Virus record (IMG/VR): IMGVR_UViG_2974731955_000001
Location: 1 to 64,000 of that record
DNA: 64,000 nucleotides
Source: a virus
Lineage: Duplodnaviria; Caudoviricetes
Strand: one strand, 5' to 3'
A program made the translations under genes and the position numbers. The first letter of the stretch is position 1. The number at the start of each line of letters is the position of its first letter. Positions 1 through 10,991 of this stretch are shown one piece after another. The notes below the pieces were generated by a model. That model had not been told where the DNA came from. It was given only the letters and a program-made list of their open reading frames with translations, and made no database searches.

Positions 1-3000
1 ACCCGACCGCAGAAAGATTCTATTTGCTGTTGGATTAAACCAGCTATAATCGGAATAGTAAGTAGTTTCAGATCCACCATGTGCTGTAGGAACTACATCA
101 CCATATTTACCTTGAGCTATGGCTTTAGTCCATCCAGAATATGCTTCTGTTGCAGCTGGATTAGGTTCATACCCTACAACTCTGATATTAGTAGCACCTG
201 CTGCTTCAAGCTCTGTTACATCCTTATCTGGGAATGAACCTCCATCATATACAACGTATTTACCTTTTAAAATGTTTATTCCTTGTACAAACTCCCACTT
301 ACTGTAATAGCAGTCTTCAAGTCCTAAGAAGTTAGTTGAGTAATATCCAGCATCATTATTTACAGCTGCTTTCCCATCTCTATTACCTAAAGCCTTTGTT
401 CCACCAGTCCAACCGTAGTTATATCTCTTAGTACCTCCTGAACAAGGAATAGCACTATTGCTTGTACTAATATTAGTAGTCTTATAGTAAGCACAAAACA
501 TTCTAGCTATAGTAGCATGAGACCTATAATCACCAATGCCATACATTGAACCATTTACCTTTGCTGCTGCAACGAACTGTGCTATAGTTTTAGATGCTGC
601 TGATATAGAAGATCCAGTACTAGTCAACGCTCCTCCATTTTCATCTGAAATTATTCCTTCAAATGTACCTAATAATAATTCTGGTTCCTCAATGTAGTCA
701 TTATCAATTTGTTGTTCTGATATGTATGTTCTCCAAATACCTGGGCTTCTTTCTATAGTTTTGTGATAGTATTTAGGGAAATGTACCATTAAACTCTCCT
801 TTCTAACGGTTTCGTAAGTAGCACCTGTACCATCAGGCCATTTATTACTATCTGTTTCGTTTAAGTAACTAATCAATGCAGCATCATCTCCATATGGTTT
901 AGCAATACATCTCTTGAACTTACTTCTTAATGATTCAATTACATTTCTATTACCACCTGTTGCACATGTTGTGGATGAATTGTTTTCATCATTTTCATAC
1001 CAGTATGCTAGAGTATCTTCTAGATTAGAAGTATCTACTAATGTTTTATAATACCAGGTTCCATTATAAGAACCGAATAATATGGAGCTTTTATTAATTA
1101 AATTTACTTGACCTGAACAATATTTTGGTAATCCTGTTGTGTTATCTTTTCCATCATTAGCATAAAGATTCAAAACACACCACCCCGAGACAGCAGGAGT
1201 AATCTCTCCTTGTAGCAATACATGGGAAGTTTCATCCGTATAATTGTTTATTGCCCATTTACATAATGCAATCAAAAAATCCTCTGTCGGATAGCCAACT
1301 GTCTCATAATCTGATCTTAATAAACCCTGACTTATTAAATCAGTTATTTTTGGAAAATTAATATATAATGCAAGATTACCATTTTTATATCCAGCATGAT
1401 AACCATCTAGCAAATCAGCATCTAGTCCACTACCTGCACCATCATTACCAGCATGCCATACTTTATTATTCTTATAAGTAAATGCATCTTTAGATACAGT
1501 AAGATTATTAGCACTATCCCAAGGACTATTATCCCATCCTACATAAGCATTATAAACTCTATATATAGATCCGTTTCCAGTAGAAAACATTCCAATTCCA
1601 CCAATATAACCGGTTTTATCAAAGTTTCTAAAAAATAAACCTTTTGCATTAGCACTGGTTTTAGAAGTCTCTAATTTTAATCCATCTAAAGAAACTTCAG
1701 CATTGTATCCAGCAGCCGTTATATTAAGAGCACCTGTTATGGTATCTCCTGCCTTTTTGACATATCTGGCATCGCTAGCATCTTGAGTCATTGCAGTAAT
1801 ACCTTTAGCAAATGCAATCTTAGTACCATTCTTAGTAGCTGTAGTAATTACATTACCTGTACCAGTTACTTCAATTGTCTCAAGTTTGTTTGCTTTTATG
1901 TTGGTAATGTCCTGAGTAATTGTAGAATCATCGTAATTACTCAACCCATCAAGTTTAGTCTTATCAGCAGCAGACATTACACCAGCTTTACTAGTAGTAG
2001 CTTTATCAATAGTTATTGCACTACTATCTGCTGTACCTGTTGTAGGATCTTTCTTTTCCAGAGTAATAGCAACAGCATTAGCATCAGCAGTAGCACCTGT
2101 AGCATTAGACACATAACTACCTAAGTTAGTTACTTTCTTTTTATCTTCAGCTGTATAGTCTTTAGTAGATAAACCTTTACCTGCTTCCTTCTTTACAAAT
2201 AACTCATCGGCTTGTGCTTGACTATAACCATCAAACGTAAAGTCATAGTTTTCACTGGGATCTAACCACATGATCTCTTCCTCAGTAGGTTCAGTATCTG
2301 AGATCTTAATATCCTCTGGAATAGTCACGTTCTTATTAACAACATTGAGTTCTACTCTTTTAGTAATAGTCTCAATCTTATTAACTTGTGCACCTGCTTC
2401 AATATCCTGTAACTTTGCAAAGTCTTCTTTAGACATCAAACCATTAGATGTTAATGAAGCTAATTCAGCAGTACCTCCTAATGCGTCCCAACCTTCACTT
2501 GTCCATGCATAGTTAGTATCATTTTTACGAACATTCCATACATCACCAATAATATTACCTTCAGTAGGTAAATCTTCAATCGTATCTACAGATCCTTTGA
2601 AAATATATACAGAAGTAAACTTACTGTCTACTTGGGATTTATTATAGTAATTGTTAGCAAGGTCATCTGCTACTACCTTTATATTAGCATCAGTTTGATC
2701 CTTAGTATAATACCTAGTATCATGAGTATGAGTAGTTACTTCACCTACTAACACAGCTTCAATAGCTGCTTTACTAAGTTCAGCATCTTTACCGGGTTCT
2801 CCTTGAGGCCCTTGGAATCTACCCATATTAACCCATTCAGTACCATTCCAAAAGTATAAGTCTGTACCAACAATATAAGAATCACTAAGTTGTGGATCTA
2901 CTATAGTATCTAAATCTTCTGGACTATCAAGACTACCTTTTAATACAATACCTGAGGATGGCCAACCTGTGTTTACATACACATCATTGACTTCATCCCA

Positions 3001-4644
3001 AAGATACCAATAACCATCATCCCCTACTTTGGGAGGATTGTCTGCATATTCTTTAGCTCTGTTTGCTTGAGTATTAGCATTATTAGCAGCAGTAGTTGCA
3101 TTTGTAGTAGCCTGTTGTGCAGCTGTTTTAGCCTCATTTACGGCAGTTATAGCATCAGCTGTATTCTTTTCCCTTGCAGCCTCTTGAGTCTCTCTAATCG
3201 CCTCATTTGCCTGTCTAGTGGCTTCATTTGACACTCTTTCCTGTTCTGCTGTATCACGAGCTGTTTCAGCTGCTATTCTAGCATCTTCGTTATCTACACG
3301 TTTAGTTTCAGCTGCAACTCTTCCCTCTTCAGAACTGATTCTCTTTGTTTCTTCCTCAATTCTTTTCTGTTCATTTGTATTGCGTTCAACTTCAGCAGAT
3401 GCTCTTAATGTTTCTGCACTAGCTCTAGAACTTTCAGCAGATATACGATTAGCTTCATTAGTTTTACGAATATCCTCTTCAGACCTTCTGGAGTTCTCTG
3501 CAGCAATACGCTCATTCTCAGCAGTTACCCTTTTAGACTCTTCTGCTTTCCTACTGTTTTCATTAGATATACGTGTATTCTCATTACTTACTCTGGTATT
3601 TTCAGCATTTACTCTACCTTGTTCCGCAGTAACACGTAATGCTTCTGCTTCTTTAACAGCTTTTTCAGTAGCTTCTACTTGTGCTTTAGCATCCAATGCT
3701 TCTGCTGCTGCATCTAATGCAGGTTGTTTTAATGACTGAACCCACTCTTCTTCAGTACCTACGAAACCATGTTTTACTGCAACTTCATATGCTGACCAAC
3801 CTTGAATACCTTGCATACCAGATAAGTCAACAATAAACTTCCAGCCTTCTTGAGTTTTTAAGTAAACTTTAGCATCATCAGGATCTTCTACATTATTAGT
3901 ATTAATAAGTACATATTCACCTAACTTTACATCAGCAGTACCCCAATCAGCTTCCATTGCTTCTACTGAAGGATATTCCTTCTTGTAAGTGAAAGCATCA
4001 CCAATAGCAGCTATACCAGTATTAACATATTGTTTAGTATCGTAGTCATAAATCCACCAATCATTATCTACGATCTTTGGTGGATTACTAGCAATTTCTT
4101 CAGCTTTATCAGTAGCAGCGATAGCATCATCAACTATACCCTCAATTTCTTCTACAGCTTGATTGGCTTTATCTGCAGCTTCATTTGCTTTGTTAGCTGC
4201 ATCTAGTGCAGCAACAGCTGCATCTTCAGATGCTTTACTTAAACTATCAATCCAATCTTGTTCACTACCTTCGAAACCTAACTTAACCGCAATATCATAA
4301 GCACTAAGACCACGAGCTTCTATACCTGTATCTACATATACTTTGTTGATAGGATCATAAGTAAACCAATGATCATTCTCTCCTATATATGGAGCCTCTG
4401 CAGTAGCTTTTACTCCAGTATCTCTATTGTCTACCCACCAGTTGCCATTAGAACCAATAAATGGTGGTACATAGTCATCTTTACTTACATCAAAGAGTAC
4501 AACCCATTTTTCTATATCACGATTGTAAACTTTAATTATTCTACCTTTTGAATCTGCTCCCAAGTCAACCCAGTACCCAACCTGATCTGGATTGGGTACG
4601 GTTATACTGGCAAACCATTCATAATATACATTATTCTTAACCAT
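1..4644 (-). CDS. Tail fibre / receptor-binding protein (>1548 aa, C-terminus beyond left edge)
   Basis: Missing from the ORF track because no stop lies in the window. Starts ATG 4644 (MVKNNVYYEWF), overlapping the upstream stop. Spot-checked in frame: IGSNGNWW, SAYDIAVKLGFEGSEQDW, coiled coil, GPQGEPGKD, WHAGNDGAGSGLDADLLDG, and GGSETTYYSDYSWFNPTANRIFLRSG at the edge. Confidence 0.88.
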   Translation of the reverse strand, partial: MVKNNVYYEWFASITVPNPDQVGYWVDLGADSKGRIIKVYNRDIEKWVVLFDVSKDDYVPPFIGSNGNWWVDNRDTGVKATAEAPYIGENDHWFTYDPINKVYVDTGIEARGLSAYDIAVKLGFEGSEQDWIDSLSKASEDAAVAALDAANKANEAADKANQAVEEIEGIVDDAIAATDKAEEIASNPPKIVDNDWWIYDYDTKQYVNTGIAAIGDAFTYKKEYPSVEAMEADWGTADVKLGEYVLINTNNVEDPDDAKVYLKTQEGWKFIVDLSGMQGIQGWSAYEVAVKHGFVGTEEEWVQSLKQPALDAAAEALDAKAQVEATEKAVKEAEALRVTAEQGRVNAENTRVSNENTRISNENSRKAEESKRVTAENERIAAENSRRSEEDIRKTNEANRISAESSRASAETLRASAEVERNTNEQKRIEEETKRISSEEGRVAAETKRVDNEDARIAAETARDTAEQERVSNEATRQANEAIRETQEAAREKNTADAITAVNEAKTAAQQATTNATTAANNANTQANRAKEYADNPPKVGDDGYWYLWDEVNDVYVNTGWPSSGIVLKGSLDSPEDLDTIVDPQLSDSYIVGTDLYFWNGTEWVNMGRFQGPQGEPGKDAELSKAAIEAVLVGEVTTHTHDTRYYTKDQTDANIKVVADDLANNYYNKSQVDSKFTSVYIFKGSVDTIEDLPTEGNIIGDVWNVRKNDTNYAWTSEGWDALGGTAELASLTSNGLMSKEDFAKLQDIEAGAQVNKIETITKRVELNVVNKNVTIPEDIKISDTEPTEEEIMWLDPSENYDFTFDGYSQAQADELFVKKEAGKGLSTKDYTAEDKKKVTNLGSYVSNATGATADANAVAITLEKKDPTTGTADSSAITIDKATTSKAGVMSAADKTKLDGLSNYDDSTITQDITNIKANKLETIEVTGTGNVITTATKNGTKIAFAKGITAMTQDASDARYVKKAGDTITGALNITAAGYNAEVSLDGLKLETSKTSANAKGLFFRNFDKTGYIGGIGMFSTGNGSIYRVYNAYVGWDNSPWDSANNLTVSKDAFTYKNNKVWHAGNDGAGSGLDADLLDGYHAGYKNGNLALYINFPKITDLISQGLLRSDYETVGYPTEDFLIALCKWAINNYTDETSHVLLQGEITPAVSGWCVLNLYANDGKDNTTGLPKYCSGQVNLINKSSILFGSYNGTWYYKTLVDTSNLEDTLAYWYENDENNSSTTCATGGNRNVIESLRSKFKRCIAKPYGDDAALISYLNETDSNKWPDGTGATYETVRKESLMVHFPKYYHKTIERSPGIWRTYISEQQIDNDYIEEPELLLGTFEGIISDENGGALTSTGSSISAASKTIAQFVAAAKVNGSMYGIGDYRSHATIARMFCAYYKTTNISTSNSAIPCSGGTKRYNYGWTGGTKALGNRDGKAAVNNDAGYYSTNFLGLEDCYYSKWEFVQGINILKGKYVVYDGGSFPDKDVTELEAAGATNIRVVGYEPNPAATEAYSGWTKAIAQGKYGDVVPTAHGGSETTYYSDYSWFNPTANRIFLRSG

Positions 4645-5056
4645 TGTAATAGTTATTATTTAGTTCTTTTGCGTTAGCATATTGCCACGGTCCTATTTTT
4701 GTAAACCCTTTTTCTGCTTGTATTTGTGAGTAGATGTTCTCAATTTTTGCATACATTGACATACCCTCATCATTCAATCTATTAGTTGCATTTAAAACCA
4801 TTATTTTATCTGCAAGATAAATTATTTCATTTTCAGTAAATTCATAGTTTTGGGTAGTTTCTAGATCCAAGGCGCCACTAAACTGTGTATATATATTACC
4901 ATCAACACCAGTATATTGGCTAATCCCTTCAAGCTCCTCTTCTGTAAAGTCAACTTTTTGTTTAATAGACTCTTTTGTTTGTAAATTAACATAAGAATCA
5001 TATTTCCAAAGTAAGTTGTATATTATAATTGCTCTTTCCTTTAAATTAAGTTCCAT
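4637..5056 (-). CDS. Hypothetical tail-module protein
   Basis: 139 aa ORF tightly coupled between two tail genes. Confidence 0.7.
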   Translation of the reverse strand: MELNLKERAIIIYNLLWKYDSYVNLQTKESIKQKVDFTEEELEGISQYTGVDGNIYTQFSGALDLETTQNYEFTENEIIYLADKIMVLNATNRLNDEGMSMYAKIENIYSQIQAEKGFTKIGPWQYANAKELNNNYYNG

Positions 5057-5057
5057 A

Positions 5058-8000
5058 TTATCCTTCTATATATAAATATCCACCATTACTCACCCTAACA
5101 TTAAAACTAGTATCACTAGACTCCAAACCGTAATTTTTTAGTTGAGTTAAAGTAGGTAACTGAACAAAATTAACAATAGTTCTTTCCATGTTGTTTGAAT
5201 CTCCGAAGTATCTACTTTCTAAAGAAAAACCAGATCCCCATCCTGAATCAGTATAATGTTGACAATTTAACCAACGTTGTGGAGTATTACTATATCTAGC
5301 AGATCCATTATATAATATGAGAGTAAAACCATTTGTAGCACCTTCTCTACTATTCAAAGTATTCAATACTACTGCAGGACATGTTTGTCCAGTAGTTGCT
5401 GGAATTGCTGATAAACCAAAACCAACAGCAGCAGAAGGAATTCCATAACTACCGTACATAGTCATAGTAGGGGATAATGTGAACTTGTTTCCATAACTAT
5501 CTGAATTAGAACCTGTCATTCTACCTTCCGAAATATCAAATCCTCCTACAGTACCACCTACTGCATTTAGCTTTGATGTGTAACATTGACCACTAGTATC
5601 TACTCTAAACGGTGCAGATCCAGGTGAAGATGCCGCATTAGATCCTATTGCTAAATGAATTTTACTTGTAACGGCAGCAGTTGTTCTACCATCTAATCGC
5701 ATTGTACCAGATTGAGATTGAATATTAGTATTATAAAAATCCCATCCTGCAATAGTTGCTTTATCTGCGAATAATAAATCTGTAGCTACATTTTCAAATG
5801 AATTAAATTTAACCCAGTAGTAATTGCCACCATCTGTACCTGCATTACTACTTGGAGTTTTTCCACTAAACGCACCAGCACCTTTCTTAGATCTATTCAC
5901 TGCATAAAACGAATCCCTATACTTTACTATATCTCTTACGTTTCCCTGAGAATTTGTTGTCCAAGCATAGTTAGTAGTTGAAGAGTATTCACCACGATAA
6001 CTTAAACCCGGGCCATAATCTCCATCACTTCCTGTTGCACCTGTAGTACATACTGCATTTGTATATGAATAATCCCCATCATCAAATACTATATATAATC
6101 TAGTCCATATCCAATATCCACTTTCTGCTGCAGGAGCACTTGAACTCCAACTCCCCCCAGATAAACTAGTTGGTGAAGTAGATTTATAATATTGCATAGT
6201 AACACTTTTCACACCTCTACCATCTGAGCCATTTTCTCCATTCAATGGAGAAAAAATAATAGGTTTTGTCCACCTGTAACCCGATTTATCGGGTAGTAGA
6301 TCTATTTTATTTGTATTTGGATTAAGATATCCTGTACTTGTCCAAGTTAGAGTGGTTGTACTATTAGTGGGATCTGGATACCATGCAAAAGAACCAGAAG
6401 TACCACCACTAGAAGAAATCATTTCTGTAAAAGTAGGACGTGTTGGAGTGGAATTAGTATTACAATAAATTTGTATAGAAGAATTGCCAACATTTCCATC
6501 TTTTCCAGTAATATTCTTTACTAAAGATAACACTACTGTATCTACAGTTATTCCTTCGTACACAAAGTTTATTTGCCACTGCACAGTAACATAGTTATTT
6601 GGGATACTGGAACTATTGACAGTGATCTGTTTCTTTTCTTGATTTATACTTAATGTACCTACACCACTTAACTGGGAAGAAGTTAGAGTATATTCAGTAT
6701 TATTAAATTTTGTGCCACCTCTTCTTAAGTGAGCATAAGTAGTGGCTTGAGACCAATCACTGACAACACCTTCGTAATTTGCTGGAACTGTCATACTTTC
6801 ATTATCTAATGCTCCTCTATACGCACTTTCTCCATCTCGAACATTATTTATTGTAATTATATCTTCAAACGATACCCCCCCAGTACTAGTTACTACACAT
6901 CTAAATGTAATTTCATCTTCACCTGTCTGGAAATATACTCCATTATAAACTACAACTAATTCAGATTTTGTTTCTCCCTCTAGCAAAGTCCATTCAGAAG
7001 TACCAGATATTTTCCAATACCACTTATACGAAGCTACATCCATTAATGTGGTATCCATCTTTAATGTTATTGATTGAGGAGTTGGTATTTTTGCATATTC
7101 TGCGTAGTGAAAAAATTGTTCTCCAGTTAAATATGTTCTAACAGCATCTTCTCCATTGAAGCCATCTTCTCCATTTTTACTTTGGTTAATATACCAATCT
7201 TTGGTTACTGTTACACCTTCGTCTACTTCAATTGTAAGAGTTATTCTTGCACTAGTAGAAGTTAATGTTTTTAAAGATACTCTATTATCTTTAACTTCAC
7301 ATGTACCAGAACCTTCAGTAAATTTAGCTGTCATGGAAATAATTGGTATTTGAGTAATTCCATGATATGCAAATACATCAGTGTATATTGTAGATGGGTC
7401 TATTAGTATATTACCAGAACTATCAAATGGAACAGATGCGGAATAATTTGTTAAGTCTATATAATACGCATCTAGACCTTCGGCACCATTTGCTAATTTA
7501 GCAACTTGCATCTCATCATAATAAGTCGCTTGAGTATCATTATCAGTTACGGTGCATCTAAAAACAGCAGTTCTGTCAGTAATCATATCTGGTGTAACTA
7601 TTAAAGAATTACCATACCCAACAATTTCACTATTGTTTGTTACATTTGTCCATTGATATGATGGTTGCACAATTCCATATGTCTTTGCGTTTAATCCTAA
7701 ATTAACTGGAGTGGGAGTACCAGAAAAGTCTGGGGAATCATACAGAAACATTCTATTTCCAACAATTTCTACCCATTTTGCAACATCATCACCAGCTTGC
7801 CCATTTTCTCCTTTTGCAATATAAATTGTCCAATAAGGACTTCCTTCTTTCGGTTCTTTACCAATGTTGTCTTGAGTGGCTATCCAAGTACTACCATTAT
7901 ATGTTACACAGTCATAATAATAATATTGCTTATCTACCGACCAAGTTCCTCTATAAATAGGAATACCAGTTTCAGTTCCATCTTTAGATACTACTGTAAT

Positions 8001-9398
8001 TGTACCAACAAATTTACTATCTTTTCCAATTACTGTTTTATCTTTGCCTTCCAAAGTAAAATCATTAATTCCCGAGTAAAAGGCAATCCTTGGAGCATTT
8101 GATCCTTTTGCAGAAATGAAAATAGCGTTACGTCTATCTTCCATTTGTTTATCATATTCCGCATCTCCTTCTACTCGATGACCCAATAATAATATTTCAT
8201 CATCTGCAGAAGGTGTGCTACTGCCAGGCTCACACACATCCTTAGATAGTAATATATAATCACTACCTACTTCTGTTACGGCTCTCCAATATCTTTTTAC
8301 ATTATGTCCATCAAATTTTTGACATATTGCTTGGTCGTTTACAATAAATTCATTATACTTGGTGCCATCTTCTGTATCAAAGTAACATTTGTATCCATTA
8401 ACTTTTTCCTCTACTTTAATACATTTCATATCACCTAATGTAACTAAAATATCTCCACCTACTGCTTTTATTTCATTTACAGTTAATTCATTAACTGTCA
8501 TATTACCTCTAACAAATAGGTTATCTAATTCTAGATTCCATTTAGAATTTGATGGATACAAACTAGCTCCAACTCCATCCCAACCAGAACGGAATGTTTG
8601 CCCTCCTTGTATTCCTGTGGTATATATTATTCTTCCCGGTACAGTATCCCCACTTTTAAATATATAGTCTTGTTTTACCTTACCAGCAGTATAAATATAG
8701 TTATCAGTAGGAGTAGTACTTTCACCCATTTTGATTACAGGCAAAGAACCAGATCCATCCGCAACAGCTTCTACTTGGTTCTCAAGTTTAGATAGTGCTT
8801 GATTTAATGTATCTGTACTTACCAAGGGATCTGCACTTACGCCTTTATAATATCCTTGTAAAGAAGTAATAGTACTAGAAGGTTGTGTATGATAACCTGG
8901 TACGTTGCCACTGCCCCCACCACCATTAGCAATCACTTCTGCTAAAGCAGTAATAGTATTCTCAGCTACAGTAAGTCTGTTCAATGCATCCTGTAATTGT
9001 TCAATAGTAGATCTATTATCAATATCATCTATCCATTCTTGCATAGTACCACCAATCTCTGACATATCGGTGTCATGCTTAGTATCTAAAGTAATGATCT
9101 TATTATTCAATACATCATAGTAACTAGTGATAGTACTATTAAGATTAGTAGTTACACTAGTATCTCCTTCTACTATCTTATTACTAAGATCTTTATAATT
9201 ATCATTTACTTTAGTATCTAGTATCTCAACATCTTCTTCTACAGCATCTACTCTCTCATTAGTGGCAAATGTACCTGATAGTGATGTAGTAAAACTTCCA
9301 CTAGTAATATTTTTATTACTACCATCTTGTACAAGGGTAATGAGGTCTTGCTCTTGCAGTTTAGTTGTTAGTTCAAATTGTGATATCTTTTTATTCAT
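5058..9398 (-). CDS. Large tail/tail-fibre structural protein
   Basis: 1446 aa; N-terminal KKISQ motif, LELDNLFVRG, YRGTW..YYYYDCVTYNGSTW module, Ig-like repeats with GxDG linkers, APFRV and GTVGGF tail motifs. Confidence 0.82.
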   Translation of the reverse strand: MNKKISQFELTTKLQEQDLITLVQDGSNKNITSGSFTTSLSGTFATNERVDAVEEDVEILDTKVNDNYKDLSNKIVEGDTSVTTNLNSTITSYYDVLNNKIITLDTKHDTDMSEIGGTMQEWIDDIDNRSTIEQLQDALNRLTVAENTITALAEVIANGGGGSGNVPGYHTQPSSTITSLQGYYKGVSADPLVSTDTLNQALSKLENQVEAVADGSGSLPVIKMGESTTPTDNYIYTAGKVKQDYIFKSGDTVPGRIIYTTGIQGGQTFRSGWDGVGASLYPSNSKWNLELDNLFVRGNMTVNELTVNEIKAVGGDILVTLGDMKCIKVEEKVNGYKCYFDTEDGTKYNEFIVNDQAICQKFDGHNVKRYWRAVTEVGSDYILLSKDVCEPGSSTPSADDEILLLGHRVEGDAEYDKQMEDRRNAIFISAKGSNAPRIAFYSGINDFTLEGKDKTVIGKDSKFVGTITVVSKDGTETGIPIYRGTWSVDKQYYYYDCVTYNGSTWIATQDNIGKEPKEGSPYWTIYIAKGENGQAGDDVAKWVEIVGNRMFLYDSPDFSGTPTPVNLGLNAKTYGIVQPSYQWTNVTNNSEIVGYGNSLIVTPDMITDRTAVFRCTVTDNDTQATYYDEMQVAKLANGAEGLDAYYIDLTNYSASVPFDSSGNILIDPSTIYTDVFAYHGITQIPIISMTAKFTEGSGTCEVKDNRVSLKTLTSTSARITLTIEVDEGVTVTKDWYINQSKNGEDGFNGEDAVRTYLTGEQFFHYAEYAKIPTPQSITLKMDTTLMDVASYKWYWKISGTSEWTLLEGETKSELVVVYNGVYFQTGEDEITFRCVVTSTGGVSFEDIITINNVRDGESAYRGALDNESMTVPANYEGVVSDWSQATTYAHLRRGGTKFNNTEYTLTSSQLSGVGTLSINQEKKQITVNSSSIPNNYVTVQWQINFVYEGITVDTVVLSLVKNITGKDGNVGNSSIQIYCNTNSTPTRPTFTEMISSSGGTSGSFAWYPDPTNSTTTLTWTSTGYLNPNTNKIDLLPDKSGYRWTKPIIFSPLNGENGSDGRGVKSVTMQYYKSTSPTSLSGGSWSSSAPAAESGYWIWTRLYIVFDDGDYSYTNAVCTTGATGSDGDYGPGLSYRGEYSSTTNYAWTTNSQGNVRDIVKYRDSFYAVNRSKKGAGAFSGKTPSSNAGTDGGNYYWVKFNSFENVATDLLFADKATIAGWDFYNTNIQSQSGTMRLDGRTTAAVTSKIHLAIGSNAASSPGSAPFRVDTSGQCYTSKLNAVGGTVGGFDISEGRMTGSNSDSYGNKFTLSPTMTMYGSYGIPSAAVGFGLSAIPATTGQTCPAVVLNTLNSREGATNGFTLILYNGSARYSNTPQRWLNCQHYTDSGWGSGFSLESRYFGDSNNMERTIVNFVQLPTLTQLKNYGLESSDTSFNVRVSNGGYLYIEG

Positions 9399-9399
9399 A

Positions 9400-9696
9400 T
9401 TACTCTTGAATTATGTGTTCTTCTACTTCGGTCAAAATACAATCTGAAGCAATGTTCTTTTCTGGATAGAAATTCATCTGTTTCTTAAGACAGTTTATAT
9501 ATCTATTGACTTTTTTTAAAGTCTTAGTTTTTTGTTCCTCAGTAAGCTTAGTATCAGCACTTATTTGTTTCACAAGATCTCCAAAATGAGATATTAGTAC
9601 TACATTTTCAATAGATGTTCTGTCTAATTTAACATTGTACTTAGTAGAATCATTTACTAGTTTACCTACTTTATTTACATAATTGACAGTATCCAT
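9400..9696 (-). CDS. Hypothetical structural-module protein
   Basis: 98 aa ORF in operon. Confidence 0.65.
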   Translation of the reverse strand: MDTVNYVNKVGKLVNDSTKYNVKLDRTSIENVVLISHFGDLVKQISADTKLTEEQKTKTLKKVNRYINCLKKQMNFYPEKNIASDCILTEVEEHIIQE

Positions 9697-9937
9697 CTTT
9701 ACAGTTTTTACAATCGTTAATAGTACAATTACATGTTCTCATATCAAGTAAATTCAGCATTTCATTGTAATACTGTTCTGCATCATCTGTAAGATTCAGA
9801 GCAACAGCATTATCATATAATGTTTTCTTGAGTAAGAACATCATTATTTTATCTTTCATTTTATTGTCTAAGCAATTGTGACAGTATGTGGTTAGTAACT
9901 TCACTTCTGCATAGTATAATGATTCATTTGCTTCCAT
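9671..9937 (-). CDS. Hypothetical Cys-rich protein
   Basis: Track ORF 9671-9982; probable start MEANES at 9937, downstream of a hairpin; CxxC motifs. Confidence 0.6.
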   Translation of the reverse strand: MEANESLYYAEVKLLTTYCHNCLDNKMKDKIMMFLLKKTLYDNAVALNLTDDAEQYYNEMLNLLDMRTCNCTINDCKNCKDGYCQLCK

Positions 9938-9954
9938 ATCAATCGTATATAAAT

Positions 9955-9991
9955 AAAAAGGGGAAAGGGATATTACTCCCAATCCCCTTTT
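9955..9991. terminator. Intrinsic terminator-like hairpin after auxiliary capsid gene
   Basis: AAAAAGGGGA...TCCCCTTTTT inverted repeat; U-run follows on the minus strand. Confidence 0.6.
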
Positions 9992-10013
9992 TGGTTTGAA
10001 TTATATTTTTTGA

Positions 10014-10991
10014 TTAAGCAACTTCTACAAAAGCTTTTAAAGCTGTCATAAATGCAGAGTCTTCAAGTTCACCAGCATTTACATATAATTCACAAGCTAA
10101 TGGAGTTGTTTTGATGTATTGATTATCATCACTAAGATATTTGTTATCCCATTCGATAGACAATGTATCGTAAGTAGCACTTAAATCGGCTTTTAACTCA
10201 GGAGCAATGTACGGATAGATACCATTTGCACGATGTGTAATACCTCTGTAACCAAGAGCTGCATTTTCACGATCACGAACAATCTTCGGATTACCTTTAC
10301 CAGGAGTACCTTGAGTTTTAGCAATTGTCAAATTAGCAATAGAATACATTACATTGCTCAACAAACCAGAAGGAATAGTTTTCCGCATAAACGCTTCTAC
10401 AGAAACCTGAGAATAGTTTGAATCCAACATGATGCCTTCATTGTATGGCATTTCTTTTGCATTCAAAGTAAGTACAGCAGCTGAACTAGTTGCTACTACT
10501 CTAGCTTCTTTGTGTTTGTTGATCTTATTCTTAAAAGCTGTGATCAAATCAGTTGCACTTGTACTCTTTGCAATAACTTCATAAGTATGAGTAAATTGTC
10601 CTGGTGCTTCATAAATGTCAGTGTATACTAAACGTAATACATAACGATGTCCAACTTCTGGAGTAACATCAGTAGCAGTAATTACAATTTTGTCCTCAGC
10701 TGCAGCTACATATTCACTAAATACCATGTTAGGTTTAGAACCCTTCATGATAGGCATTGAAAAACGAATAACTGATTTAGTTGATTTTGTTCCTTCTCCA
10801 TTATAAACATCTTCTTTGCCTTCACAAACGCCAATGTACAATGAACTAGCAGCTTTAGCTTCAGCTGCATCTTTTACGATTGCTCTATTTTGATCGAACA
10901 ATGCGATCTGACCCTTTGTTAAAGCATCTGCAGTAGTATAAGATGCAGGTGCATCAGTACCAATAAGTACCGTGTTCACATGATTAAGCAT
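10014..10991 (-). CDS. Probable auxiliary capsid protein
   Basis: 325 aa, Ala/Thr-rich, biased codons, own terminator; position between ring proteins and tail genes fits crAss-like virion gene order. Confidence 0.6.
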   Translation of the reverse strand: MLNHVNTVLIGTDAPASYTTADALTKGQIALFDQNRAIVKDAAEAKAASSLYIGVCEGKEDVYNGEGTKSTKSVIRFSMPIMKGSKPNMVFSEYVAAAEDKIVITATDVTPEVGHRYVLRLVYTDIYEAPGQFTHTYEVIAKSTSATDLITAFKNKINKHKEARVVATSSAAVLTLNAKEMPYNEGIMLDSNYSQVSVEAFMRKTIPSGLLSNVMYSIANLTIAKTQGTPGKGNPKIVRDRENAALGYRGITHRANGIYPYIAPELKADLSATYDTLSIEWDNKYLSDDNQYIKTTPLACELYVNAGELEDSAFMTALKAFVEVA

